Positions 63,272 to 64,000 of a DNA stretch of 64,000 bases are shown piece after piece; the stretch's first letter is position 1; the number at the start of each line of letters is the position of its first letter. The notes beneath the pieces are model-generated. The model was not told where the DNA came from, did no database searches, and was given only the letters and a program-made list of their open reading frames with translations. The stretch is from Selaginella moellendorffii. Lineage: Eukaryota; Plantae; Lycopodiophyta. The DNA lies in assembly GCF_000143415.4 (NCBI RefSeq), contig NW_003314274.1:941788-1005787 (forward strand), written 5' to 3'. Position numbers and translations under genes: made by a program.

Positions 63272-64000
63272 GCCACATGCAACGAGGCTTGCCTGCCAGG
63301 CGCTAGTTGCTAGTGCACGTCCTTGTCCTGGTTTTTGTGGCTTCTTCAGTTGAACCCAGAACTTCCGTGTTCGTGCCAATGTCTCGTGCAGACCCGATTT
63401 GTAGCACGTTTCTTGCTTGACATTTTGCGCGTGGGAGATGTATATGATAGATCGGAGGGGCGAGTTGCCTTTTATCAGGCGGACAACTCTTGTCTTGAAG
63501 ACTTTCTTCACCTCCTCGCCCACCATAATATCCACAACTATCTCTTGCATCGCTAAGCTAGAATGCTGCCCGGAGACGGCATAGAACCGGATGTTCTGAT
63601 CGTCCAACACCTTCCTATTGATCAAGTCTGGAAACCTCGTCTCGCCCTTCATTGTTCGGTAGTAGGGGATCACGTCTGCGATGTCGGGTGTTACTGGACT
63701 TGCCAGCATCTTCTACTTCAGTTTCTCCACCCACTCATCAGATACTAGCCTGTGGTTGTATTTGCTTTGGATGTCGATACGGCTCACGTCGATTGTATAT
63801 ACTTTGTTGGAATAGTAACAAGTACTATTATCTGCGACGATTTTTGCTGCCTCTTCTTGCTCTTTCTGCTCTTTGCGGCTCTTCTTTTTGGTGGGTGTAG
63901 TGTTCGAACCCAAGGCAATGGCATCACCGAGTAGCTTCTTTTTTGGAGCAGGAGAGTCGGACGTCGGCTTGAGCTTGACCACCCTTTTCTACTTCGGGGT
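59118..64000 (-). pseudogene. Large multi-exon gene: ParB/Srx-like domain + degenerate beta-class N4/N6 DNA-methyltransferase fold + acidic/low-complexity linker + FCP1/SCP-like HAD phosphatase (5' end at or beyond the window edge)
   Basis: Eight phase-1 GT-AG introns (61857-61924, 61732/50-61787, 61611-61659, 61420-61466, 60811-60867, 60747-60795, 60592-60638, 59960-60006) join the ORFs in frame, plus a probable GC-AG intron ~63239-63292; motifs R.VSDEWVEKL..FYAVSGQHS; VVEYNCGG..RAALLKG..CVAV; VFDLNSVL..VWTS..IIDDSPIK; stops at 63713-15 and 60041-43, frameshift ~62080. Confidence 0.72.

Overview
Eukaryotic plant nuclear DNA, most likely the lycophyte Selaginella (inferred from 31-aa SS-type PPR arrays, 43-61 nt introns and Met-tRNA-primed Ty3/gypsy elements). 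Left arm (1-13 kb): three tandem PLS/E-class PPR genes, a degenerate Fic gene, and a head-to-head pair consisting of a jacalin-extensin-Cys-rich gene and an intact but catalytically dead papain-like gene. Centre (13.9-36.2 kb): nested LTR retrotransposons, including a full-length chromovirus (17284-32435, TSD CTCCC) whose integrase is interrupted by host-sized spliceosomal introns and whose 3' UTR holds a covarying multi-hairpin RNA element. 36.5-42 kb: a histone H3 relic, an intact Fic gene, a PPR pseudogene and a mitoribosomal mS41-like gene. 43.7-58.5 kb: decayed gypsy elements, solo LTRs, a 5S-rRNA-derived Cassandra-type TRIM and a tandem-Kissper secreted-protein gene. Right end (59-64 kb, minus strand): the separate ORFs splice into one large damaged gene, ParB-like domain + degenerate beta-class DNA methyltransferase fold + FCP1-like HAD phosphatase. 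It carries repeated copies of a 22-bp palindrome ATGGCRTG-N6-CAYGCCAT, four of them inside its introns. This locus and the intron-bearing retrotransposon are the best candidates for undescribed biology. All domain calls are by-eye motif recognition, not database searches.
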